Shown in pieces: positions 29,231 to 38,482 of a stretch of 64,000 bases of DNA (within the stretch, counting starts at the first letter, position 1; every line of letters starts with the position of its first letter). Made by a program: the position numbers and the translations under genes. A model generated the notes under the pieces. It saw only the letters and a list, made by a program, of their open reading frames with translations, had not been told where the DNA came from and ran no database searches. The stretch comes from Candidatus Bathyarchaeia archaeon (lineage in GTDB: Archaea; Thermoproteota; Bathyarchaeia; Bathyarchaeales; Bathycorpusculaceae): positions 1 to 64,000 of the forward strand of contig JAVZNE010000005.1 of assembly GCA_038882975.1 (NCBI GenBank), in the 5' to 3' direction.

Positions 29231-30214
29231 TCACCTTTTGCCATATAGCCAACAAGCAACTTCATGTCCCTTGCCATTCACGTCGAAGAATGGCGGTGCT
29301 TCCTTTTGGCATATCTCTTTTGCATAATCACAGCGGGGGTTGAATCTGCACCCGGGTGGGGGATTCACATAATCCGGAATATGCCCTCTAATACCCTCTG
29401 AGAATCCTTCGCCAGTTAATTTTGGCACGGATTGCAAGAGTCCTTGCGTGTATGGGTGTAGGGGTTCTGAAAATAGCTCATTTGTCTCCGCCGCCTCAAC
29501 CATGTTTCCAGCGTACATCACGTAAACTCTGTCAACAGTTCCCCTCACAGCTCCTAGGGCGTGTGAAATAAGGATGACTGATAACTTTCTTTCTTCAACA
29601 AGGTTTTTTATTAAACGTAAAACTTGGTCTTGAATTGTAACGTCAAGGTTTGTTGTCGGTTCATCTGCTATTAGAAGGTCCCTCGCCGCGGTAAGGGACA
29701 TAGCTATGCATACCCTCTGCCTCATGCCCCCGCTTAGCTGGAATGGGTAACTGTCTAAAACCCTTTCAGGGTCTGGTAACGCCACTTCTCCAAGAACCTT
29801 TAAGCACATTTCATGAATCTTCTCTTTTGTCAGTTCCTCGCTACTGGAGCCAACTGAGTATTTGATGACATCTCCAAGCATATCCTTCACTTTGAAAACA
29901 GGGTTAAGTGCCGCCGTTGGGTCTTGAAAAATCATTGTTATATGCTTTCTTCTAACTTCTGCCAACTCTCTATCGCCCATTCTAAGCACATCTTTCCCCT
30001 TGAAATTTATGCATCCTCCCTTGATTATGGCGTTTGAAGCTAGAATCCTCAAAATAGCCCTCATGGTTGTTGTCTTCCCACAGCCGGATTCGCCGATCAA
30101 CCCAACCTTTTCTCCCTCTCTAACCCTTAGGTTTACCCCATTAAGCACTTTCAACTCGCCTAGATAGGTCTTATAGTTTACGTAGAGATCCCTGATTTCT
30201 AATAGCGGTTTCAG
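29231..30214 (-). CDS. Oligo/dipeptide ABC transporter ATP-binding subunit (OppD/DppD), probable CTG start
   Basis: GESGCGKT, LSGGMRQR, ADEPT; conserved N-terminus KPLLEIRDLYVNY lies upstream of the track start and begins at CTG 30214. Confidence 0.9.
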   Translation of the reverse strand: MKPLLEIRDLYVNYKTYLGELKVLNGVNLRVREGEKVGLIGESGCGKTTTMRAILRILASNAIIKGGCINFKGKDVLRMGDRELAEVRRKHITMIFQDPTAALNPVFKVKDMLGDVIKYSVGSSSEELTKEKIHEMCLKVLGEVALPDPERVLDSYPFQLSGGMRQRVCIAMSLTAARDLLIADEPTTNLDVTIQDQVLRLIKNLVEERKLSVILISHALGAVRGTVDRVYVMYAGNMVEAAETNELFSEPLHPYTQGLLQSVPKLTGEGFSEGIRGHIPDYVNPPPGCRFNPRCDYAKEICQKEAPPFFDVNGKGHEVACWLYGKR

Positions 30215-30217
30215 AGT

Positions 30218-31108
30218 CTATCTCGCCTCCTCAACGAATATGTCTCGTATACCGTCACCCAGAAGGTTGAAACCCAAAATTATGATGGATATAGCGATGG
30301 CTGGGAAAATGCTTATCCACCAGGCCCCTGGCATGTATTGTCCACCCTCAGCAACCATGGTGCCGAGATCTGGTGTCGGTGGTTGAGCGCCAAGACCAAC
30401 GAAACTTAACGCTGAACCAAGAAGAATAACCCAGCCAACATCAAGCGTCACTTTCGTAAGTATAGGCCCAAGACAGTTTGGCAGTATCTCCTTAAATATT
30501 ATATGGAATGGGCCAGCGCCCATTACTTCAGCAGCTTGTACAAAATACTCGTTTCTTAAAGCCGACGCCGTGTTATACACCATTCTTGTATACCATGGCC
30601 ACCACATAAGTGATACCGCTATCATCGAATTAAACACGCTTGGCGTTAACACTGCTGCTATTGCCAGAGCTAAAACCAAGGGTGGAACTGCAATAAATAT
30701 GTCTGAAATTCTCATAATCACTGTGTCTATCCATGTCCCACGATAATAGCCTGCAATCAACCCTAAAACCACACCTACGGGAACAACGAGGGCCAGAACA
30801 ACTGCAGCCATCGTTAGTGAATAACGGAAACCAAAGATTGTTCTACTTAAGACGTCTCTTCCAACATGATCGGTACCGAATAAATATTTGGAACTTGGAG
30901 GTAAGAAACGTTCACCTAGACCCGTATAAAGCTCAGCATGCTTTGGATAAGGAGCTATCAATGGAGCTGCGATAGCTGTAACAATGGTGCCCACCGAAAT
31001 TATCAAGCCAACGATTGATAGCGGACTCCGAGAGAATCTATACCATTTCCTTTTCAATTCAAATCTTGCTTCTATTTCTCTAAGTTTCTTTAGAATTGGT
31101 GTTTTCAT
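30218..31108 (-). CDS. ABC transporter permease (OppC/DppC)
   Basis: PPS.KYLFGTD..GRDVLSR, EYFVQAA..MGA, LSFVGLG.QPP. Confidence 0.93.
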   Translation of the reverse strand: MKTPILKKLREIEARFELKRKWYRFSRSPLSIVGLIISVGTIVTAIAAPLIAPYPKHAELYTGLGERFLPPSSKYLFGTDHVGRDVLSRTIFGFRYSLTMAAVVLALVVPVGVVLGLIAGYYRGTWIDTVIMRISDIFIAVPPLVLALAIAAVLTPSVFNSMIAVSLMWWPWYTRMVYNTASALRNEYFVQAAEVMGAGPFHIIFKEILPNCLGPILTKVTLDVGWVILLGSALSFVGLGAQPPTPDLGTMVAEGGQYMPGAWWISIFPAIAISIIILGFNLLGDGIRDIFVEEAR

Positions 31109-32133
31109 TATTCTCCCCTTTCCATTAGTCGTATTCTCGGATCTAAATAAGCCACTAAAATATCGACAACCACGTTTACGAATGCGTAAATTATTCCTAT
31201 TACTAGGACGAGGGCAACTATGCCATTCAAATCCGTGTTTAGGAGGAATCTTATGCCTAGTTTAGAGAAGCCTGGCCAGTTAAAAACCATCTCGACAAGG
31301 AAGGCGTTTGCCAACATTGCAGCTATGTCCATTCCAAGGACGGTAACAGCGGGGATCACAGATGGTTTTAGCAAATACTTAAACATTATAAGTCTTTCAG
31401 GGAGACCTTGCGCCATAGCCATCGAAATGTAGTCTTTATCTTTATTCTCCACCATTCCCGACCTAATTATCCTAGCGTCTTGTAACATTCCGCCGAGACA
31501 TAGCGCCAAAGCAGGTAATATCATATGCCACAAGACATTAAGAAAAGAATCAAAGCGCCCTGAAATTAGACAATCCAATGTGTAAAAGTTTGTAATTTTT
31601 GGAGGTTGGGGAAAACCTCGCGAAATAACCCCTGATATTGGGAACCACTTAAGTATATGCCCAAAAATCAATTGGAGTATTATTGCCATTACAAAGGCTG
31701 GAATTGATATCCCGATGTAGGAGATCACTCTTACAACGTTGTCGGGCCATTTATAACAGTATCTACCTGCAATGACACCAAGCAGAAAAGCTCCTATAAC
31801 CTGAAAGATGGCGGCTAAGAATATTAGCTCTAGTGAAGCTGGGAGATATTCAAGAATATCTTCGGTAACACTGCGTCTAGTAAGAATGGAATAGCCTAAA
31901 TTCCCATGAAATACATCCGCTAACCAGTAAAAGTATTGTTCGTATAAGGGTTTGTCAAGACGTAGCTGCTTTTTTGTTTGCTCATAAACCCACGGCTCAA
32001 CCCTTGGTCCAAGCATCATTTTGACAGGATCCCCGGGCAATACCCTCGCCAAAACGAAGACGAGTACTGATAGCCCAAATAACGAGAAAACTATTAGAAA
32101 TGTTCTCTTGATTATGTATGTAGACATTTTCAT
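31108..32133 (-). CDS. ABC transporter permease (OppB/DppB)
   Basis: LPGDP, LDKPL..QY, GNLGYS, VE.VFNWPG, AYLDPRIR. Confidence 0.93.
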   Translation of the reverse strand: MKMSTYIIKRTFLIVFSLFGLSVLVFVLARVLPGDPVKMMLGPRVEPWVYEQTKKQLRLDKPLYEQYFYWLADVFHGNLGYSILTRRSVTEDILEYLPASLELIFLAAIFQVIGAFLLGVIAGRYCYKWPDNVVRVISYIGISIPAFVMAIILQLIFGHILKWFPISGVISRGFPQPPKITNFYTLDCLISGRFDSFLNVLWHMILPALALCLGGMLQDARIIRSGMVENKDKDYISMAMAQGLPERLIMFKYLLKPSVIPAVTVLGMDIAAMLANAFLVEMVFNWPGFSKLGIRFLLNTDLNGIVALVLVIGIIYAFVNVVVDILVAYLDPRIRLMERGE

Positions 32134-32259
32134 GGATTATCACTGTGGACTTTTACCATTAGAAAACGATGCAGAATTTAAAAGTTTTTCCCAACCGAGA
32201 TAGCTTCATACATCACGTAAGTTGGAAGAGAAGGTTTAGACAGAAATAGAAAAGAGGGA

Positions 32260-33942
32260 TTAAGGTGGAAGAACTTTCCAGAATCTGAAGGTTCTTTCAT
32301 AGCCCATTATCATTGTGGCGTTGTTTGGATTTTCAGCAGCTGGGATTTTGACGAATTCCCATTGAGCTATTGTTGTTTTGTAATCGTATATGAATAGGCT
32401 TGGACAGAGATTCATGATTTCCCTTTGAATTTGAGCGTATTTTTGATATCTTTGCTGTGTGTCTACGGTGGCTAGTGCATCCTCTATCATATGGTCGATG
32501 GTCGCATTTTGCAGCCATTCACCTTGTTCCCATGTTCCGCAGGACTTTGAGTGATACCTTGACTCGAGCAGCGAGCCGGCTTCAGGATAGTGGGCGGCTA
32601 CAAGTATGTCGTACATGTGGGCGCATGTTTCAAGACTGCCCATCTCTTCAACAACCTTCGACCAGAAAGTCTTAACCGGCTGAATTATCAACCCTATTTG
32701 TCTAGCAGCCTCCGCTAACAGCAGGGCGTCCAATTCTCTTTCTGGGACATCTGCGATCCAGTGGAACTCTATCGTGTAGTCTGTATTATTGATTATGCCG
32801 GGGTAGTATTTGGACCTTTGTAGACATTGCAAAGCGAGAGTTTTGTTGGTGTAGTATATTTGACAATTAACGTATCCGGGGGTGCCCTTCGGCACGCATG
32901 ATGTCGCTTTGGTATATCTTGAATATATTTGCTGCATCATTTTATCGTATGGACATATGTAGGCTATAGCCTTCCTCACCCATATATCGTCTAGTGGTGG
33001 CTTCTTAGTGTTCATGTATATGTAATATTCACTCATCTCTGGCCAGGCAACCCTTTTTATACCTTCAATCTTGTCGAGAGCGTCGAGGGTCTCCTCTGGA
33101 AGCCACGCATCAGTAACTTCAAGCTCACCATTTACCATCATGGCCAGTTCGGTGGACGGACTACCGGTTGCCGTCCACATCACTGTGACTTCGTCCGGTG
33201 CATCTGGATCTACATAACCCCAATAATCAGTGAAAAGTTCGTAGCGGTACCACTCCTCTGCTCTGCAATCCACAACTTTATAGGCGCCAGAACCAGCATC
33301 GTGAGTTCTCAGCCACTCAGTCGCATAATCGCCATTTGTGCCGTAGGGGCCTGGTGTTTTGATGTGGGCCATGACTTCAGCCTTGTCAAGAATATATAGC
33401 CTTATACATGCAGACAGGAATGGCCCGAAAGTCTTCTTTAGGGTAATCTTCACCGTATAGTCGTCTCCGGGGACGACTTCCGTCTTATTCACGTATGGAG
33501 AGAAGAGGTATGCAAAGCCTTGGCCTATGGTCAATAGCCTGTCTAAGCTGAATTTAACATCCTCGGCTTTTAATTCTCGTCCGCTATGGAACTTAATGCC
33601 TTGTCTTATTTTAAAGGTGTAAACTAATCCATCATTTGAAACGGTCCAGCTTTCCGCAACGTGGGCTTTAACACCACCACCCTCGCCGACAGTCTTCGGC
33701 CACAGTAGTGGGTCATACAGATTGCAAAGGCTCGTTGTGCTTAATTCGTCGTTCCCGATGGCTGGATCTATTTTGTTAGGCCAAGAGAATCCAACTCTGA
33801 TAGCCGTCCTTTTCGGAGTAGGCGCAGGACCAGCTTGGAAGAATGCAAAATATATGCCGACAGCCAAAGCAATGATGATTATTATTGCAATAATGGCAGC
33901 TTGCAATTTTGTTATGGCAGATTTGTTAACAAACACCTTCAA
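32260..33942 (-). CDS. ABC transporter substrate-binding protein, family 5, with class III-like signal peptide
   Basis: NLYDPL, AESWTVS.DG..YTFKIR.G.KFH, GSGAY, KPPLDD..VRKAI; N-terminus KSA/ITKLQ then hydrophobic stretch; start placed at TTG 33942 after GGAGG. Confidence 0.92.
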   Translation of the reverse strand: MKVFVNKSAITKLQAAIIAIIIIIALAVGIYFAFFQAGPAPTPKRTAIRVGFSWPNKIDPAIGNDELSTTSLCNLYDPLLWPKTVGEGGGVKAHVAESWTVSNDGLVYTFKIRQGIKFHSGRELKAEDVKFSLDRLLTIGQGFAYLFSPYVNKTEVVPGDDYTVKITLKKTFGPFLSACIRLYILDKAEVMAHIKTPGPYGTNGDYATEWLRTHDAGSGAYKVVDCRAEEWYRYELFTDYWGYVDPDAPDEVTVMWTATGSPSTELAMMVNGELEVTDAWLPEETLDALDKIEGIKRVAWPEMSEYYIYMNTKKPPLDDIWVRKAIAYICPYDKMMQQIYSRYTKATSCVPKGTPGYVNCQIYYTNKTLALQCLQRSKYYPGIINNTDYTIEFHWIADVPERELDALLLAEAARQIGLIIQPVKTFWSKVVEEMGSLETCAHMYDILVAAHYPEAGSLLESRYHSKSCGTWEQGEWLQNATIDHMIEDALATVDTQQRYQKYAQIQREIMNLCPSLFIYDYKTTIAQWEFVKIPAAENPNNATMIMGYERTFRFWKVLPP

Positions 33943-34006
33943 ATTTCCTCCAGACAAACTGTACCTAACAAATTGTTATATAAAACTTTCGTCATAAATG
34001 TGCTGG

Positions 34007-34735
34007 CTAGGGTGTGTATCCTTCATCACTGGGTGGACTTTCATAGCCATAGAGTTTACAATGGGACAATTTCAATTTTTGATGTAGATCGGCTAGCATC
34101 TCAGCGTATTTCCATGAGATAACAACGGGATCGAGAACAGGAACATTAACTTTCTCCATAAGTTCCTTCACGAAACCGGACTCACCAGTGCATCCCAGGA
34201 CTATCACCTCTGCGCCGTCTTCTTCAACGGCTTTTTTAGCCTCGTTGATTATAGCTTGTTTCAACATTTCGGGTTCCTTGAGCATCCTTGGAACTGTGAA
34301 GTTTATCACCCTGAAAGAGGCAAGCTTCCTCTCAATTCCGTATAAGTACACGTTGCTTTCCATTTTGGGAATCCATTTTCGCCTTCCAACGATTATTGAA
34401 AATTTGTGGCCGAGTGTTGCGGCAACATGCATCGTGGCCTCTGCAACGCCGATAACTGGAATGGAAACTATCTCTCTAGCTTCTCTAAGGCCCGGATCAT
34501 AGAAACACCCTATGATCACGGCGTCGTATCCCTCATTTTCAGCCCATTTAACCCACTTTAATGTTTCGTCCATGTTTAGATGCTCATAGTAATGGTATTC
34601 CAGGTGCACTGGTCCGCTGTTTAGGTGCACCACTTTAACCTCAACATCTGGCCTTTTTACTTGGTTAATTGTTTTTAGAATGTGTTCGTCGAAGGCGTCT
34701 GTCCCCACGGGGTTTATGAACAATATCTTCAACAT
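34007..34735 (-). CDS. Asp/Glu/hydantoin racemase family protein (hydantoin/allantoin racemase-like)
   Basis: KILFINP, two catalytic Cys motifs IIGCFYDPGL and LGCTG. Confidence 0.9.
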   Translation of the reverse strand: MLKILFINPVGTDAFDEHILKTINQVKRPDVEVKVVHLNSGPVHLEYHYYEHLNMDETLKWVKWAENEGYDAVIIGCFYDPGLREAREIVSIPVIGVAEATMHVAATLGHKFSIIVGRRKWIPKMESNVYLYGIERKLASFRVINFTVPRMLKEPEMLKQAIINEAKKAVEEDGAEVIVLGCTGESGFVKELMEKVNVPVLDPVVISWKYAEMLADLHQKLKLSHCKLYGYESPPSDEGYTP

Positions 34736-34861
34736 GGAGCAACCTCCCAGTACTATTTTGTAGAATGCCCATTTAAGGTTAAGCCAATTTCACAAGGACG
34801 CCGCGAAAATTTAATTAGGATATCCGGCGAAAATGGTGCTGTCAAATGTGGAGGTATAAAG

Positions 34862-35905
34862 ATGCCGCAGTATTATGAGTATGAGTTGGCTAAGGCAGCG
34901 CACAAACTTGTCACGGAGATGCTGAAGCTGAAGCCTGATGAGACAATTGTTATAACAGCAGACACGGAGTCCGACCCGCGAGTTGTTGATGCAACGGCTG
35001 GAGCAGCCTTTGCTGTTGGAGCGAAACCGGTGGTTATTTGGATCGCCTCACCTCTTGGCGTGGGTAAAGCTGCAGACCCAATGCTGCCTGAAGCTTTGGG
35101 GGCTGCTTTATGTAAGGCTGACGCATGGGTTGAATTCAACAATCAATGGATTTTCTATTCAGGCATGTACGAGAAGGTTTTGGAGACGAACAAGAAGATA
35201 AGGCACTGCTGCTACGTGGGCATGAACGTTGACATGATGGTCAGGGTCATAGGCAGGGTTGACATGAAAACTCTTGACGCCTACATGACCAGGCTGCATG
35301 GGTTAACTAAGGCGGCAAAACATGTTAAAATGACCACTCCAGCCGGTGGAAACGTAGAATTCGACAACGATCCCAAGAGGATATATACTAAGGACGTTGG
35401 GTATGCAGACACTCCAGGGTCCCACATGCTCGGCGGACAAATAGGCTGGGCGCCAATCCACGAAACCATAAATGGTGTGATAGTCTTTGACGGCTCTATA
35501 AATCCGCCCCTAGGCTTGGTTAAGCAGCCCGTAAAACTCCATGTCAAGGCTGGCAAAATAGTGAAGGTTGAGGGCGGAGACGACGCTAGAGCTTATGAGG
35601 CATGGCTCAAAAGCTTCAATCACCCCGGCATGTTCAATGTCGTCCATGTTTGCTATGGATGCAACCCGGGCGCCAAACTAACAGGCAACGTCGTCGAGGA
35701 TGAAAGGGTTTGGGGTTGCACGGAGTGGGGAGTAGGCTACTTAGGCACGTTCCTTACTGGAGGGAAACCCATTGATGCGCCATCACATTCAGACGGCATA
35801 TGCCTAAACACATCCGTTTGGCTTGATGGAAAACAGATATGGGATCAAGGAAGAGCGGTTGACCCGGAACTTGCAAAGCTAGCTAAGAAGTTGGGAAAGT
35901 TCTAA
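34862..35905 (+). CDS. M29/NicX-like metallohydrolase (paralog B)
   Basis: Highly similar to 22680-23726 over its full length (identical N-terminus MPQYYEYELAKAAHKL); ATG 34862 after GGAGGT. Confidence 0.88.
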   Translation: MPQYYEYELAKAAHKLVTEMLKLKPDETIVITADTESDPRVVDATAGAAFAVGAKPVVIWIASPLGVGKAADPMLPEALGAALCKADAWVEFNNQWIFYSGMYEKVLETNKKIRHCCYVGMNVDMMVRVIGRVDMKTLDAYMTRLHGLTKAAKHVKMTTPAGGNVEFDNDPKRIYTKDVGYADTPGSHMLGGQIGWAPIHETINGVIVFDGSINPPLGLVKQPVKLHVKAGKIVKVEGGDDARAYEAWLKSFNHPGMFNVVHVCYGCNPGAKLTGNVVEDERVWGCTEWGVGYLGTFLTGGKPIDAPSHSDGICLNTSVWLDGKQIWDQGRAVDPELAKLAKKLGKF

Positions 35906-35936
35906 AAATCATTTTCCCTCCTTTTCCTTTTTCTGC

Positions 35937-36488
35937 TTATTTGGTTTCACGCAATCTTCTGCGTGCTCGTAATCTTCTTGGTTTTGCTAAAATGCCGTAG
36001 AATAGTACGCCTACACCTAACAGCAATAAGAGCGTTCCTAGCGACGAGTATGGATGAAGCACCTGTATAATTTTCACACTTTTCTTCGCGTACAAAAAGC
36101 CGGAGAGAATAACCGGCCCTGTTCCTTCATTTATTATCTCAACTTGATACGTGCCCTTCCCTGTGACGTTGACTCGCTGTATTATGTTATTTCCATAATC
36201 CTCAAATAATATCGGATCTGTTGTTATAGGATTCCCAAACGGGTCGCGTCCAACATTTCCAACTTTTACTCGTACGTTGTTTGAAGCAGATATGTTTATC
36301 TCGAAAAAGTCGCCTTCCTCCATTTCAGAGGCGAAAATGGCATTGTTATACTCGCTTAAAGTTTCGTTATCAAAAATTTTGTCGTTTTTGGGCAACTCTT
36401 TCACGTAAGATATTGTTGTTGAAAATCCCATAAAACAGATTGCAGCAATGATAAGGGCTATAGCGCAAATTATAACTACTTTGCGGAT
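35937..36488 (-). CDS. Membrane-anchored hypothetical protein, probable ATC start
   Basis: In-frame extension upstream of the track start gives a signal/TM segment (RKVVIICAIALIIAAICFMG) preceded by GGAGGA; C-terminal TM plus Arg-rich tail. Confidence 0.7.
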   Translation of the reverse strand: MRKVVIICAIALIIAAICFMGFSTTISYVKELPKNDKIFDNETLSEYNNAIFASEMEEGDFFEINISASNNVRVKVGNVGRDPFGNPITTDPILFEDYGNNIIQRVNVTGKGTYQVEIINEGTGPVILSGFLYAKKSVKIIQVLHPYSSLGTLLLLLGVGVLFYGILAKPRRLRARRRLRETK

Positions 36489-36524
36489 GGCTGTTCCTCC
36501 GGTAATTCCTATTTTCCATTACTT

Positions 36525-36845
36525 TTATTCGTTTTTCTCCTCTTCTTCGTTTATCGGTTTTGTGGAGATCTCCCTTATTAGGGGTTCTTGTTTGCCGCCT
36601 TCAATTTCTATTTCTGCTCCTGGATATTGCTGTTGAAGCCTTCTTTTTAGGGCGTTTACATCCACATCTTTTCCAACTTTCGCCTTGACCTTTGTGCCTT
36701 CTGGTGTTTGGGTTACGCTTATGGAGTAGCCGCTTGCAATTTCGCCTTCTGGGAATTCTTTGAAAAACTCATCTATTTCATCAAACACGGAACTGCTGAA
36801 AAGCTCGTCTATGAGGCTTCTTCTCCGCTTTTTCTCAGACGGCAC
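36525..36845 (-). CDS. Hypothetical protein
   Basis: Coding-like ORF; GTG 36845 after GGTGAGG; GYSISVTQTPEG resembles N-terminal regions of archaeal small HSPs, but no alpha-crystallin domain seen. Confidence 0.75.
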   Translation of the reverse strand: MPSEKKRRRSLIDELFSSSVFDEIDEFFKEFPEGEIASGYSISVTQTPEGTKVKAKVGKDVDVNALKRRLQQQYPGAEIEIEGGKQEPLIREISTKPINEEEEKNE

Positions 36846-36940
36846 AGACCTCACCTAAATTGAAAGCGTGATGGCAGTGGCTTAAAAATTTTAATTAGCC
36901 ACTATGGGCTATTTAGGGGCTGTAAGGCGGAAGATGGTAA

Positions 36941-37423
36941 ATGGCGGGGAAAGTTGTTATAATCATGGGTTCTGAACGGGACTTGGATTTCGCTAAGGAA
37001 ATAGCCAAATACTTGAAGATTTTTGGCTTGGAGTTTAGGTTTCGAGTGGCTTCAGCCCACAAAACTCCCGAAAAAGTTCTCGAAATCCTAAAGGAGTATG
37101 AGGGCGAAAATGTTGTTTATATAACTGTGGCTGGTAGGTCTAACGCATTAAGTGCCTTTGTGGACGCAAACACCACAAAACCCGTTATTGCATGCCCACC
37201 CTATTCAGAAAAGTTTGCTGGCGTGGACGTTTTCTCATCGCTTAGGGTGCCGAGTGGCATAGGCTCCACTGTGACGATTGAGCCTGAAGGCGCCGCCGTG
37301 GCTGCAGCAAAAATCTTAGCCTTAGAAGATAAGAAGCTTGAAGAGCGCATAAAAGCTTACCAAAAAGAGAGAAGGGAAAGGATTGAAAAAGCGGATGAAT
37401 CTGTTAAAAAGTTGAAGTTGTAG
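36941..37423 (+). CDS. purE: AIR carboxylase/N5-CAIR mutase
   Basis: IIMGS..D, SAHKTP, AGRSNALS, PVIACP, PSGI. Confidence 0.93.
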   Translation: MAGKVVIIMGSERDLDFAKEIAKYLKIFGLEFRFRVASAHKTPEKVLEILKEYEGENVVYITVAGRSNALSAFVDANTTKPVIACPPYSEKFAGVDVFSSLRVPSGIGSTVTIEPEGAAVAAAKILALEDKKLEERIKAYQKERRERIEKADESVKKLKL

Positions 37424-37433
37424 GCGTGCTGGT

Positions 37434-38477
37434 ATGGGAAGCGTTAAAGACCTTAAAGTGGTGAAGAAGCCGACAAAAACGCGGATGGGGATTGGCAGGT
37501 TTCACTTTTCAGACCGCTACTCGGTTTTTGACTGGGGTGAGATGCCAGACCACATAGACGGGAAGGGTGCAGCCCTATGCTTGATGGGGGCTTACTGCTT
37601 TGAAAGGCTTGAGGAGAAAGGCGTCAGAACCCACTATAGGGGGCTTGTAAACGAGAAGGGAAAAGTTGTGCATTTTGACGAGTTGGAGAAGCCGACAAAC
37701 GTTATGGAATTCCACCTTGTGAACGTTTATAAGCCGAAAGCTTATGTGGAAGGTGGCAAACTGAAATACGATTATAGTATTTACACTTCCAATCTCCGGA
37801 ATTTCCTAATTCCATTAGAGATTATTTACCGAAACGGCTTGCCAGAAGGCTCATCAGTTTTTAAAAGGCTTGAGCAGGGCTTAGTGACGCTTGAAGATTT
37901 GGGATTGGACCATTATCCAAAACCCGGTGAGAGGCTAGCAAAACCAATCTTTGATGTTAGCACAAAGTTTGAGGAAAGCGACCGCTACCTAACATGGCAT
38001 GAAGCCAAGCAACTGACGGGCTTAACAGAAAGCGAAATGGAGGAGGTTAAGGCTATACTCCTAAAAGTTGACGAGACAATTACGGAGATTGCCGCCAAAG
38101 CCAACCTAGTAAACGAAGATGGCAAGATAGAGTTAGCCTTCGACGAGGAAAGGATGCTTATGGTGGCAGACGTGGTTGGCACATTGGACGAGTGCAGATT
38201 CACCTATCAAGGATTGCACGTCAGCAAGGAAATAGCCCGCATATATTACAGACAGACGGAATGGGCAAAAGAAGTGGAACAAGCAAAACAGAAAGCCAAA
38301 GAGCAAGGCGTAAAAGACTGGAGAACACTGGTGAAAAACCAACCGCCAAAACTGGAACCAAAACTGAAAACATTAATAAGCCAAATGTATATGGCGGCGG
38401 CAAACGAAATAACGGGTAAAAAGATGTTTGATATACCAAGCCTTGCTGAAATATTGAAAAATTTTGTGAAAGCTTAA
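37434..38477 (+). CDS. purC: SAICAR synthetase
   Basis: MGSVKDL, FSDRYSVFDWG, STKFE..D, DGKIE, DVVGTLDECR. Confidence 0.93.
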   Translation: MGSVKDLKVVKKPTKTRMGIGRFHFSDRYSVFDWGEMPDHIDGKGAALCLMGAYCFERLEEKGVRTHYRGLVNEKGKVVHFDELEKPTNVMEFHLVNVYKPKAYVEGGKLKYDYSIYTSNLRNFLIPLEIIYRNGLPEGSSVFKRLEQGLVTLEDLGLDHYPKPGERLAKPIFDVSTKFEESDRYLTWHEAKQLTGLTESEMEEVKAILLKVDETITEIAAKANLVNEDGKIELAFDEERMLMVADVVGTLDECRFTYQGLHVSKEIARIYYRQTEWAKEVEQAKQKAKEQGVKDWRTLVKNQPPKLEPKLKTLISQMYMAAANEITGKKMFDIPSLAEILKNFVKA

Positions 38478-38482
38478 GCCTT

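Noticed and set aside
30218-30220. Pyrrolysine recoding of the oppC TAG
   Set aside because: No pyl genes in the window, TAG is used as an ordinary stop elsewhere, and an SD-led CTG explains the layout
34682-34861. N-terminal extension of hydrolase paralog B
   Set aside because: Overlaps the divergent racemase gene; paralog A and the SD define the start at 34862
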